A DNA stretch of 49,434 bases, taken from contig JAUWYL010000001.1 in NCBI GenBank assembly GCA_030615855.1, forward strand, positions 203,008-252,441. The letters are read 5' to 3'. This document shows positions 9,650 to 18,831 of the stretch, one piece after another. How positions within the stretch are numbered: the stretch's first letter is position 1; every line of letters starts with the position of its first letter. Source of the DNA: a bacterium (GTDB lineage Bacteria > UBP18 > UBA7526). The notes beneath the pieces were generated by a model. The model was not told where the DNA came from. It was given only the letters and a program-made list of their open reading frames with translations, and did no database searches. Position numbers and translations under genes: made by a program.

Positions 9650-9834
9650 AAAGACGCCTTCGCTTCGCGAAGAACTTTGTTATTCCAGCGCGTCTTTATT
9701 AGACAGGGCAAGTAGAACGCGCTGTTATAATAAGGAAGCCTCCGCTTCCAGCGGAGAACCTTGTTATTCGGGCTTCCTTAGTAGAGGAGGCAAGCCTGCT
9801 TGTCGGCAGACAGGCGAAGCGCGTCGTCATAATA
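9641..9834 (+). repeat. Two tandem 82-nt structured units delimited by (T/C)GT(T/C)ATAATA
   Basis: Unit 1 9641-9722; unit 2 9723-9824 is 82 nt once the 20-nt hairpin 9795-9814 is removed; compensatory stem changes between units. Confidence 0.8.
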
Positions 9835-9846
9835 ATTTAAATATAA

Positions 9847-9896
9847 TGCCGTTGCTGGGAGAATCGCCTCCCCACCGATTCTCTCGGCAATTGGCA
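9847..9896 (+). promoter_or_regulatory. Structured rpsO leader, candidate S15 autoregulatory RNA
   Basis: Long hairpin tgcc-gttgc-tgggagaatcg...cgattctctcg-gcaat-tggca just upstream of the rpsO RBS; S15 leaders are known in many phyla. Confidence 0.55.
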
Positions 9897-9921
9897 GCGA
9901 GTAAGAAAGGGGGAAATGAAA

Positions 9922-10191
9922 ATGGTCTTGGAGAAGGAAAAGAAGAAAGAGATTATCTCTAAGTACCGGTTGAATGAGAAGGATACTGGCTCACCAGAGG
10001 TTCAGATCGCCCTGCTAACGGAGAGGATTAATTCCTTGACCGAGCACCTTGAGACCCATAAGAAGGACCATCACTCACGAAGAGGGCTTTTAAAGATGGT
10101 TGGCCAGAGGAGAAGACTGTTGGGTTACCTTAAGGATAAGGATAAGAAAAGATACGAGAAGATTATCCAGGAACTGGGTTTGAGAAAATGA
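9922..10191 (+). CDS. rpsO: 30S ribosomal protein S15
   Basis: [38 protein letters not shown] 9922 preferred over 9916 from SD spacing. Confidence 0.99.
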   Translation: MVLEKEKKKEIISKYRLNEKDTGSPEVQIALLTERINSLTEHLETHKKDHHSRRGLLKMVGQRRRLLGYLKDKDKKRYEKIIQELGLRK

Positions 10192-10194
10192 TTG

Positions 10195-10282
10195 GCGCCA
10201 AGTCGCCAAAGAAATCACCAAGTCGCCAAATTTTGGCGCCTTTGCGGATCTTTTGTGTTTTAGCGTTTAGCGTTTTGGCGTT
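10195..10282. repeat. Degenerate CGCCAA/TTGGCG palindromic element (period about 8)
   Basis: cgccaagt cgccaaag ... caccaagt cgccaaat then tttggcg, tttgcg, tttagcg, tttagcg, ttttggcg. Confidence 0.7.
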
Positions 10283-10297
10283 ACGAAAGGAGAAGAG

Positions 10298-12400
10298 ATG
10301 ATAAAGAGAGAAGAATTGGAGATCGCGAGAAGGAAACTAACTGTTGAAACCGGGAAGATGGCTAAGCAGGCGGATGGTGCGGTTACCGTACGCTATGGAG
10401 ACACCATAGTCTTAGTGGCGGTGGTGGCTTCTAAAGAGGCCAGAGAAGATATTGACTTCTTCCCCTTGACCGTTGACTATAGGGAGAAGACCTATTCTGC
10501 GGGAAAGATTCCCGGGGGCTTCTTTAAGAGAGAAGGGAGACCAAGGGATTGGGAGATTTTGACCTGTCGGTTGATCGATCGCCCTTTGAGGCCTCTTTTC
10601 CCAAAAGGAATCAGGAACGCGGTCCAGATTATGGTGAGCGTGCTGTCTGCAGATGGGGAGAATGACCCGGATATCTTATCCATAATCGGTGCCTCAGCCG
10701 CTTTGTCTATATCTGATATCCCATTCAATGGTCCGGTGGCTGCCGTGCGCCTTGGACGGATTGGGGAAGAGTTTATCATCAATCCTACCTATGGGGAATT
10801 GGAAAGAAGCAGGCTGGATATGGTAGTTGTCGGGACTAAGGATGCGATAGCAACCATAGAGGTTGAAGCCCATGAGGTTCCAGAGGAGACCATTTTAGAG
10901 GGGCTAGAGAAGGCCAAAGAGCACATCAGAAGGCTTGTTGAGATTCAGGAAAGGTTGGTCAAATCCTGTGGCAGACCCAAGAGAGAAATCGTCCTCTATG
11001 CTCCGGATGAGGAGATAGAGAAGAGGGTGAGAGAATTATCCACTTCCAAATTAGAGGAGGCCTATAGGATAAAGGAAAAGACCAAAAGGGATGAAGCGCT
11101 AAGCAAGGTTGAGAATGAAGCTATGGAGGCCTTAAGCACTGAATTTCCAGAAAAGGAGAAAGACATCAAATTTGTCGTAGACAAGATAGTGAAGGAAATT
11201 CTGCGCCGGGCCATTTTAGATGAGAACCGTAGAGCAGATGGGAGAAGAGCGGACGAGATCAGGCCCATAACCTGCGAGGTGGGAATCCTCCCCAGGGCCC
11301 ATGGAAGTGCCCTCTTTACCAGAGGACAGACCCAGGCCCTGGTGGCTACTACTTTGGGAACTACAGAGGATGAGCAACGTATTGATGCCCTGGAGAAGGA
11401 ATTCCGAAAGACCTTTATGTTTCACTATAATTTCCCACCCTTTAGTGTGGGAGAAACGAAGCCATTGAGGGGTCCAGGCAGGAGAGAGATCGGCCACGGC
11501 GCTCTTGCCGAGAAGGCCCTTCTTCCTGTCATTCCTCCCAATGATAAGTTTCCCTACACCATAAGGATAGTCTCCGATATCTTGGAGTCTAATGGTTCCT
11601 CTTCCATGGCCAGTGTCTGTGGGGCAAGCCTATCTTTGATGGATGCGGGAGCTCCCATTAAAGCCCCGGTTGCCGGGGCAGCCATTGGATTAGTAATAGA
11701 GGGGGAGAAGTATGCTCTCCTTACTGATATCTTGGGGGTGGAGGATGCCTTGGGAGATATGGACTTCAAGATCGCCGGAACCAGGGAAGGAATTACTGCC
11801 CTTCACTTAGATATCAAGACCTTGGGAGTCACCACTCCTTTGATAGAGGAGGCCTTGGAGCAGGCAAAGAAAACCCGCCTCTTCATTCTGGATAAGATGA
11901 ACCAGACCATCTCCCAACCAAGAGAGGGAATCTCCGCCTATGCTCCACATATTATCGTTACTTATGTGAAACAAGAAAAGATTGGAGGTATCATCGGTCC
12001 CAGAGGTAAGACAATAAAGGGGATCATTGAGGAAACTGGTGCCGAGGTGAATATCGATGACGATGGAAAGATATCCATCTCCTCCCCAGATAAGGCCAAG
12101 GCCCAGGCTGCCCTGGATATGATTAACTATCTCACAGAAGAGGTTGAGGTAGGAAAAATCTATAGGGGTAAAGTGACCAGAATCATGAACTTTGGGGCCT
12201 TTGTTGAGATCCTCCCCGGGAAGGAAGGCCTGGTCCATGTTTCCCAGTTAGCAGAGGGTTTTGTCAAGAATGTGAAGGATGTTTTAAAGGAAGGTCAGGA
12301 GATAGAGGTAAAGGTCATTGAGATTGATGACCAGGGAAGGACTAACCTCTCCCGCAAGGCAGCCCTGAGAGAGAAAGGACGACCCAAGAAGCACAAGTAA
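10298..12400 (+). CDS. pnp: Polyribonucleotide nucleotidyltransferase (PNPase)
   Basis: FFPLTVDY, IPGGFFKREGRP, RREIGHG, ESNGSSSMASVC, DMDFKIAG; KH and S1 domains. Confidence 0.99.
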   Translation: MIKREELEIARRKLTVETGKMAKQADGAVTVRYGDTIVLVAVVASKEAREDIDFFPLTVDYREKTYSAGKIPGGFFKREGRPRDWEILTCRLIDRPLRPLFPKGIRNAVQIMVSVLSADGENDPDILSIIGASAALSISDIPFNGPVAAVRLGRIGEEFIINPTYGELERSRLDMVVVGTKDAIATIEVEAHEVPEETILEGLEKAKEHIRRLVEIQERLVKSCGRPKREIVLYAPDEEIEKRVRELSTSKLEEAYRIKEKTKRDEALSKVENEAMEALSTEFPEKEKDIKFVVDKIVKEILRRAILDENRRADGRRADEIRPITCEVGILPRAHGSALFTRGQTQALVATTLGTTEDEQRIDALEKEFRKTFMFHYNFPPFSVGETKPLRGPGRREIGHGALAEKALLPVIPPNDKFPYTIRIVSDILESNGSSSMASVCGASLSLMDAGAPIKAPVAGAAIGLVIEGEKYALLTDILGVEDALGDMDFKIAGTREGITALHLDIKTLGVTTPLIEEALEQAKKTRLFILDKMNQTISQPREGISAYAPHIIVTYVKQEKIGGIIGPRGKTIKGIIEETGAEVNIDDDGKISISSPDKAKAQAALDMINYLTEEVEVGKIYRGKVTRIMNFGAFVEILPGKEGLVHVSQLAEGFVKNVKDVLKEGQEIEVKVIEIDDQGRTNLSRKAALREKGRPKKHK

Positions 12401-12409
12401 TCAATAGCA

Positions 12410-12540
12410 GCCACAGGTTACGTAGTTGGGTTAGGGTAAGGTAGTGGGTTTGGTAGTTTGGTAAGGGTTAGGTGTTTTTTTTAAAAAGACCAACTACCTA
12501 ACCCAACAGCTAAACTAACAACCTGACCTTAACCTTGGCC
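12410..12540. repeat. G-rich/C-rich degenerate palindrome (GGTTAG-like units)
   Basis: gttgggttagggtaaggtagt... then a T8/A5 centre, then ...actacctaacccaac...accttaacc. Confidence 0.7.
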
Positions 12541-12561
12541 AAATCTTATTAAGGAGTGAGC

Positions 12562-13374
12562 ATGTCCTGGTCTGAGGCTCTTCTTCTGGGGATCCTACAG
12601 GGCCTGACAGAATTCTTGCCTGTAAGTTCAAGCGGCCACTTAGTCTTAGCAGAGAATTTCCTGAAGGTCAATCCTCCGGGAATCACCCTTGAGATTTGCC
12701 TTCACCTGGGAACATTACTTGCCATTATTGCTATCTTCAGAAGAGAGATTGGGAAAATTTTGGTCAGTCTTGCCCATATCTTCAAGACTGGTAAGCATAG
12801 GAGGAGAGAAGACCCTTATCTTCTCTTATTGGGCTTTCTATTACTGGGAACCATCCCTACTGCTCTAATAGGTGGCCTATTCAAAGAAGGGATCGGGAAA
12901 CTATTTGAATGCCCAAGAATGGTCTCTTCAATGCTCATTATAACCGGGATTATCCTCTGGGCAACGAAGCGTCTCAAGATTGGTAAAAGAGAGATTCATA
13001 GATTAAATATAAAGGATGCCTTAGGAATTGGCCTGGCACAAGCGATAGGCCTCATTCCCGGTATCTCAAGGAGCGGGGTAACCATATCCTGCGGTTTATT
13101 TCGGGGACTCTCCAGAGACCTGGCCTATCGGTTCTCGTTCCTATTGGCCATACCAGCAATTATTGGGGCCGCAAGTTTAGAATTCAGGAACCTTTCTGCA
13201 ATCCCAAAAGAGAACCTTCACCCTTTATTAATAGGAACTATAGCAGCCTTTTTGAGTGGCCTGGTAGCCTTAAGGATTTTACTCTCTATTGTCAAGAAAG
13301 GAAGATTCTCCTTTTTTGCCTATTATCTGTGGTTTGTTGGCTTAGTCAGTTTAGCAATTTCGTATGTCAAATAA
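12562..13374 (+). CDS. uppP: Undecaprenyl-diphosphate phosphatase
   Basis: GILQGLTEFLPVSSSGHL and PGISRSGVT motifs; ATG 12562 follows AAGGAG. Confidence 0.96.
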   Translation: MSWSEALLLGILQGLTEFLPVSSSGHLVLAENFLKVNPPGITLEICLHLGTLLAIIAIFRREIGKILVSLAHIFKTGKHRRREDPYLLLLGFLLLGTIPTALIGGLFKEGIGKLFECPRMVSSMLIITGIILWATKRLKIGKREIHRLNIKDALGIGLAQAIGLIPGISRSGVTISCGLFRGLSRDLAYRFSFLLAIPAIIGAASLEFRNLSAIPKENLHPLLIGTIAAFLSGLVALRILLSIVKKGRFSFFAYYLWFVGLVSLAISYVK

Positions 13375-13448
13375 AAGTTGATACGTTAATAAGTAAATAA
13401 GAAATAAAATTTTGCCCAATACGCGTTAAACAAATTTTTGGAGGCTTT

Positions 13449-13673
13449 ATGGCAGATTTAGTTTGTATTAGAACTTATAATAATAGACCTGAGGCTGAAC
13501 TTGCAAAGGGACTTCTTGGAGCAAGTGGTGTCAAAGCCATTGTCTCTGCAGATGATGCCGGTGGCATGCGCCCTCATTTAACATTAGGTATGGGAGGAGT
13601 GCGGTTGTTAGTTAAAAAGGAAGATGTCCAGAAAGTACTCGGGATTTTAGAAGTTACCAATGATAAAGGTTGA
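13449..13673 (+). CDS. Small DUF2007-like (putative signal transducing) protein
   Basis: EAELAKGLL..GV.A...D...GGVRLLV pattern; GGAGG RBS. Confidence 0.75.
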   Translation: MADLVCIRTYNNRPEAELAKGLLGASGVKAIVSADDAGGMRPHLTLGMGGVRLLVKKEDVQKVLGILEVTNDKG

Positions 13674-13727
13674 GACATATAGAAACGAAAGAATCTACTA
13701 GGAAGATTCAAAGCCAGTGAGGTTAAT

Positions 13728-15800
13728 ATGGCCATAAAAGAGAAGAGAATCAGTGAGATAGAAGGGATTATTCTATTTGCTTTGACTATTTTTATTCTCC
13801 TTAGCCTTATCTCCTATGAGCCAACGGATATCGCTTATTATCAGCAGCCACCTAATATCCCGGCAGTGAACTGGATGGGGAAGGCCGGTGCTTATCTGGC
13901 CTTTGGACTGAACTTCGTCATGGGTTATGGCGCCTATCTCATTCTTCTGGTGACTCTTGTCTGGGGAATAAGAAGATTTCGGGGGATGAAGTTCCATAAG
14001 AAGGCCTATCGGGTCTTAGGAGTCTTACTCCTCTTAGTCTCAACCTGCACACTACTTTCCTCAAAATACTCTTTAATCTTAGAAAAAAGATTGGCATTGG
14101 GAGGACATCTGGGAATCGTTCTCTCCAATGGACTGAAGCAGATCTTTGGGGCTTCGGGTGCCTATCTCATTGCAGTAACGGTATTAGTCGTCTCTTTACC
14201 TCTGGCGGCAGAGGTCTCTTATCCCAAGTTCTTTTCTCTGTTGGGAAGAGGAATCCTCTCCTTCTTTCGGGGATTAATAAGGATATTTTCCCGGAAACCG
14301 AGACCAGCCAAGCCGATAGCAATTAAGAGGCCAGAGATTAAAGAGGAGAAGGTTGCTCCTACCCCTAAGAGAGTGAAGAAGGTAACCAAGAAGATTCCGG
14401 AGGAGGAGAAGGCCTATACTATGCCTGATCTCTCTCTTCTCTCTAAGCCAAAGGCAGAGGAGGCGAAAGAGGACCTTAAGGCAAAGGGTGCTCTCTTGGA
14501 AGAGACTCTCTCTGAGTTTGGGATATCGGCCAAGGTTATTGGCGCTCTTCAGGGTCCAGTCATTACCAGGTTTGAGGTCCAGCCGGCAAAAGGGGTAACT
14601 GTCTCTTCTATTACCTCTCGCTCTAATGACATCGCTCTGAAATTGGCTGCCCCCAGTATCCGTATCGAGGCCCCCATTCCGGGAAAGGCCGCCTTGGGGA
14701 TTGAGGTTCCCAACAAGAGGCCTTCCTTTGTCTATCTCTCAGAGATTCTGAGTACCAGGGAGTTCTATGAGTCTCCATCAAAACTTACCCTGGCATTGGG
14801 AAAGGACATAGCCGGTAGACCAGTAATCGCTAATCTGGCTACCATGCCCCATTTATTGATTGCCGGAACCACAGGAAGCGGCAAGAGTGTCTGTATAAAC
14901 TGCATCATAAATAGCATCCTGTTTCAGGCAGCACCAGATGAGGTGAAGTTCCTCTTAATCGATCCCAAGAGAGTGGAACTGAAGGCCTATAATGATAGCC
15001 CCTATCTTCTCACCCCGGTAATTACTGACCCCAAGAAGGCAACTTTTGCTCTGAAGTGGGCGGTGGGGACAGTAGAAGAGAGGTTCAAGTTATTCTCTGA
15101 GGCCGGGGCCCGGGATATCGAAAACTATAATGCCCTCACCAAGGTAGAGAAAATACCCTACATCATCGTGATCATTGACGAGTTAGCCGATCTGATGCTC
15201 GTGGCTCCTGTAGACTGTGAGCATACCATCACCCGACTGGCCCAGATGGCTCGGGCAGTGGGGATTCACATTGTCCTTGCTACCCAGAGACCATCTGTTG
15301 ACGTCATTACTGGTCTCATTAAGGCCAACTTCCCGGTGAGGATCGCCTTCCAGGTTGCGGCAAGGGTTGATTCTAGGATTGTCTTAGATATGAGTGGGGC
15401 AGAGAAGTTACTGGGAAGAGGGGATATGCTCTTCTCCGACCCTTCAAAGGCCAAACCAATACGTATCCAAGGATCGCTCATTACCGACCCTGAGATTGAG
15501 AGGATGGCAGAGTTTACCCGTTCTCAGGCAGAGCCGCTCTATGTGGAGGACATTTTTGAAAGGAGAGCCCCTTCCTTACCCAGCACCCCAGAGGAGGACG
15601 AATTATATCAGGATGCGGTGAGGGTGGTCATCCAGGCAAGAAGGGCCTCAGTCTCCATGCTACAGAGGAGATTAAAAGTAGGCTATGCCCGGGCAGCAAG
15701 ACTGGTCGATATGATGGAGGAGGAAGGGATAGTGGGACCTTATAGGGGAAGCAAGGTGAGGGAAGTACTGGCTGATGAAAGCTACCTCAAAAAAGAGTAA
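13728..15800 (+). CDS. ftsK: DNA translocase FtsK/SpoIIIE
   Basis: N-terminal TM domain, IAGTTGSGKS, IDELADLM, LATQRPSVDV, gamma domain LQRRLKVGYARAARL. Confidence 0.97.
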   Translation: MAIKEKRISEIEGIILFALTIFILLSLISYEPTDIAYYQQPPNIPAVNWMGKAGAYLAFGLNFVMGYGAYLILLVTLVWGIRRFRGMKFHKKAYRVLGVLLLLVSTCTLLSSKYSLILEKRLALGGHLGIVLSNGLKQIFGASGAYLIAVTVLVVSLPLAAEVSYPKFFSLLGRGILSFFRGLIRIFSRKPRPAKPIAIKRPEIKEEKVAPTPKRVKKVTKKIPEEEKAYTMPDLSLLSKPKAEEAKEDLKAKGALLEETLSEFGISAKVIGALQGPVITRFEVQPAKGVTVSSITSRSNDIALKLAAPSIRIEAPIPGKAALGIEVPNKRPSFVYLSEILSTREFYESPSKLTLALGKDIAGRPVIANLATMPHLLIAGTTGSGKSVCINCIINSILFQAAPDEVKFLLIDPKRVELKAYNDSPYLLTPVITDPKKATFALKWAVGTVEERFKLFSEAGARDIENYNALTKVEKIPYIIVIIDELADLMLVAPVDCEHTITRLAQMARAVGIHIVLATQRPSVDVITGLIKANFPVRIAFQVAARVDSRIVLDMSGAEKLLGRGDMLFSDPSKAKPIRIQGSLITDPEIERMAEFTRSQAEPLYVEDIFERRAPSLPSTPEEDELYQDAVRVVIQARRASVSMLQRRLKVGYARAARLVDMMEEEGIVGPYRGSKVREVLADESYLKKE

Positions 15801-16157
15801 CCAGTAACCAGTTAACAGTAAAAAGTAGGAAAGTAGGAAAGTAAAAGAGTATCAGATTACCAGTATATCAGATGGAGAAGGACAGATATCAGAATTCTAA
15901 AATCCTAAGCACGAAATCTCTCCGAGCCAGAGGCTCTCTGAGCCGGAGGCCGAAATACTAAACAAGCACAAATGTTCAAAATTCAAATGACCAAAACAAG
16001 AAACAAAGAATTGTCAGTTTAGAAATTTGAAATTAGGATTTAGATATTGTTTAGGATTTCGATATTAGAATTTCGAATTTACCAAATCTGATATTCTGAC
16101 CTTCTGAATACTCATTCTGATGTTCTGATAATCTATAGTTTTACTGGGACTGTAAAC
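15797..16157. repeat. Family B palindromic element (GTAACCA outer, ATCAGAAT inner arms) with a nested family C element
   Basis: Arms homologous to 44491-44696; central 15891-16081 homologous to 23808-24000. Confidence 0.85.
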
Positions 16158-16177
16158 TATTAAAGTGAGGCAGAAAC

Positions 16178-16831
16178 GTGGAGCCCATTGGTCTTACTCT
16201 GCAGCAGACGAGGCAGAAGAAACGATTAAAATTAGAGACGATAAGTAAGAAGACAAAGATAAGTATAAAATATCTCAAAGCCCTGGAAGCAGAGGACTGG
16301 GATGTTTTTCCGGCACCTGCCTATACCCAGGCCTTCCTGCGCAGTTATGCCAACTTCTTAAATCTGGATAGCGATGAATTAGTTCGAGAGTATAAGAAAT
16401 ATTTAGAGACAACCACCAAAGTTCCAGTAGCAGAGAGATTAATTCCAAAAAGAATAAGACCTAAAAGACTAACCATTCTTCCCATAGCAATAAGTATAAT
16501 AGTTCTCATCGTTTGGGGAGGGTGGTTTCTTTTCTTTCGCCCCCCTTCTCTACCAGTAGTTGAGGTTACCGAGGAGAAGAAAGCCCCTCTTACCCTGAAA
16601 ACAACCGCACTCGAAGAGGTCTGGGTGAGTATTACTGTTGATGGAAGAGAAGAGATTCAAGAACTATTGAAGGCTGGAGATGAAAAGACCTGGGAAGCGG
16701 AGAATAAACTCGAGATAAGAGTGGGGAATGCCGGGGGAATAAAGTTGGAGTTGAATGGAGAACCCCTTGGGTCCCCAGGCGAGAGGGGACAGGTAGTAAC
16801 GAAAACCTTTGTGAGAGAAAAAGAAGAATGA
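16178..16831 (+). CDS. rodZ: RodZ-like protein (HTH_25, TM helix, DUF4115)
   Basis: TKISIKYLKALEAE...FLRSYANFL HTH, one TM helix, VGNAGG..L.LNG C-terminus; follows ftsK. Confidence 0.85.
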   Translation: MEPIGLTLQQTRQKKRLKLETISKKTKISIKYLKALEAEDWDVFPAPAYTQAFLRSYANFLNLDSDELVREYKKYLETTTKVPVAERLIPKRIRPKRLTILPIAISIIVLIVWGGWFLFFRPPSLPVVEVTEEKKAPLTLKTTALEEVWVSITVDGREEIQELLKAGDEKTWEAENKLEIRVGNAGGIKLELNGEPLGSPGERGQVVTKTFVREKEE

Positions 16832-17733
16832 CCATTACTGAAGCAATTAAAGAAGGATTCAAGACCACCTATCGCAACTGGCCCCTGATCCTGATTCAGT
16901 TTGTAATTCAGATAATTCTGGGACTTTTATTCATCGTTCCTGTTTTGTTCATTCTCTTTTCCTTGGGATTCTATGCTGGGCTAACCAAGGGAGAGTTTAG
17001 TCTGGAGTTATTTCAGCAGGGTCTCCGCGCCCATCCTTTGTTAATCGTAATCTGTGGCCTCTTCTTCCTTCTCATCTGGATAGGGGCCATACTATTGGGC
17101 ATCTTCTTAAAGGGTGGGATAAAGGGGATATTTAGAGATGCTTTGATAAAGAAAGAGAAGTTTACTTTGAGAAGATTCTTTCGTTATGGAGGTTATTTCT
17201 TCAAACGCCTATTTCTCCTCTGGCTTCTCTTCTTCCTGGCTTTCCATATTCTCTTTCTAACCCTGGGTGGAATATTCGGCCTTCCCGTCTATCTTCTCAT
17301 TCAGAAGTGTCAAGAGGCAGGGATGGTCTTTGGGGTTCTTCTGGGAATCTTGGGCTTTTTTTTACTCCTCCTTGCAAGCCTTACCCTGGGTCTTGTCTTT
17401 TCCTACTCTGGAATAGTAATCGTTGTTGAGGATTCCATTCTAAAGAGAGCAGTCAAGAAGGCTTTTTCTTTTATCAGGAGAAATCTCGGTCCGGTTCTAG
17501 GCCTCTTCTTCCTTTTCATCCTGATCGGCATAGGCGTCATAGGTGTCTTTATCTCGTTTGACCTTCTTTTGAAGATTCCGGCCTCCATTCCAGGAATAGG
17601 AGCAGGGATGCTCATTTTTCTCTTACCCCTTCGCTTCCTTTTAAATTTTGTTCAGAGTGGGGCTCAGATCTATCTCACTCTTTTCACTATTGCTTCTACT
17701 ATGGCCCTCTATCTGAGTTTAAGTAAAAAGTAA
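16828..17733 (+). CDS. Hypothetical multi-pass membrane protein
   Basis: 301 aa, several hydrophobic helices, ATGA overlap with rodZ. Confidence 0.75.
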   Translation: MTITEAIKEGFKTTYRNWPLILIQFVIQIILGLLFIVPVLFILFSLGFYAGLTKGEFSLELFQQGLRAHPLLIVICGLFFLLIWIGAILLGIFLKGGIKGIFRDALIKKEKFTLRRFFRYGGYFFKRLFLLWLLFFLAFHILFLTLGGIFGLPVYLLIQKCQEAGMVFGVLLGILGFFLLLLASLTLGLVFSYSGIVIVVEDSILKRAVKKAFSFIRRNLGPVLGLFFLFILIGIGVIGVFISFDLLLKIPASIPGIGAGMLIFLLPLRFLLNFVQSGAQIYLTLFTIASTMALYLSLSKK

Positions 17734-17781
17734 AAAGTAAGAAATAAAAAGTTTTCATTTTGCATTTTACATTTTTAATTG
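17722..17781. repeat. AGTAAAA / TTTTRCA heptamer palindrome
   Basis: agtaaaa agtaaaa agtaaga aataaaa then ttttca ttttgca ttttaca tttttaa; contains the upstream gene's TAA. Confidence 0.7.
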
Positions 17782-17790
17782 GAGATAATC

Positions 17791-18372
17791 ATGAACTTGG
17801 CCAATAGGCTCACTATCATCCGAATCATCATTGCTCCCCTCTTTATCATTCTACTCTTAGCGGATGGGGCCTGGACAAAGTATTCTACCCTATTACTCTT
17901 TATTCTCGCCTCTCTAACTGACCTCTACGATGGAAGGATCGCCCGGGCGAGGGGAGTGGTAACCAGCTTTGGAAAGTTTATGGACCCCTTAGCAGATAAG
18001 ATAATCGTTTTAGGAGCCCTCATCTGCTTCGTTGCCCTGAGAGAGGTCTGGGCTCTGTTGGTAATCATTATCCTGGCCAGAGAGTTCATGATCACTGGGT
18101 TGAGGTTTCAGGCTGCCTCCCAAGGGATAGTGATACCAGCGGGAAGGTGGGGGAAGCATAAAACCGCCACCCAGATGATCGCAGTAAGTGTCACCTTAGT
18201 AGTCATCGCCACAAAGTCGACCTTTGCCTCCTTCTCTATCAATGCTCCTTCTTTCCTCTTACAGATATTGAGATATACTCCAAATACCTTAGTAGGCTTG
18301 GCAGTTATTATGACTATTGTCTCTGGCGTCCTCTATGTTGAAAAGCATAGAGAGGTTTTGAAAGGAAGATAG
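17791..18372 (+). CDS. pgsA: CDP-diacylglycerol--glycerol-3-phosphate 3-phosphatidyltransferase
   Basis: MNLANRLTIIR, TDLYDGRIAR...GKFMDPLADK CDP-alcohol motif; ATG 17791 after GGAG. Confidence 0.96.
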   Translation: MNLANRLTIIRIIIAPLFIILLLADGAWTKYSTLLLFILASLTDLYDGRIARARGVVTSFGKFMDPLADKIIVLGALICFVALREVWALLVIIILAREFMITGLRFQAASQGIVIPAGRWGKHKTATQMIAVSVTLVVIATKSTFASFSINAPSFLLQILRYTPNTLVGLAVIMTIVSGVLYVEKHREVLKGR

Positions 18373-18375
18373 TAA

Positions 18376-18831
18376 ATGAAGTGGCTGATTAAGTTTCTGG
18401 CAACGGGATTCTATACTGGTTATACCCCCATTGCTCCAGGAACCGCAGGAAGCCTCATTGGGGTTATCATCTATCTCGGGATGTATAGGCTTTCTTGGCC
18501 TCTTTATCTTTTAATTCTTATCGTTCTTTCTCTTTTTGGAATATGTATTTCAAATAAAGCGACCATCTACTTCTTCAAAGAGAAGGATAGCAAGAGGATT
18601 GTCATTGATGAGATCATTGGCTTCCTGATCGCCATGTTCTTAATTCCCTTCAAGCTTAAATTCATCCTTGTGGCTTTCATTGTCTTTCGGGTGATTGATA
18701 TCTTGAAGCCCTTCCCCTTAAGAAGGTTGGAGAAGCTACCTGGTGGTTGGGGAGTGATGTGTGATGACCTCTTAGCCGGGGTCTATGCTAATCTAATCGT
18801 GCAAGCAATTAGATTAGCGAGTTTACAGTAA
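18376..18831 (+). CDS. pgpA: Phosphatidylglycerophosphatase A
   Basis: APGTAGS, IVIDEIIG, FRVIDILKPFP, GVMCDDLLAG. Confidence 0.95.
   Translation: MKWLIKFLATGFYTGYTPIAPGTAGSLIGVIIYLGMYRLSWPLYLLILIVLSLFGICISNKATIYFFKEKDSKRIVIDEIIGFLIAMFLIPFKLKFILVAFIVFRVIDILKPFPLRRLEKLPGGWGVMCDDLLAGVYANLIVQAIRLASLQ

Noticed and set aside
9641-9834. Possible mini CRISPR array
   Set aside because: The direct repeats are only about 10 nt, the spacers are homologous to each other, and there are no cas genes in the window.
9633-9962. 109-aa ORF between ribF and rpsO
   Set aside because: It reads through the promoter, the tandem structured units and the rpsO leader, overlaps rpsO out of frame and has no recognisable motif; the non-coding structure explains the region better.
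13375-13727. DUF2007 gene as an integron cassette (gttaaac upstream)
   Set aside because: No downstream RYYYAAC box or attC-like palindrome was found.
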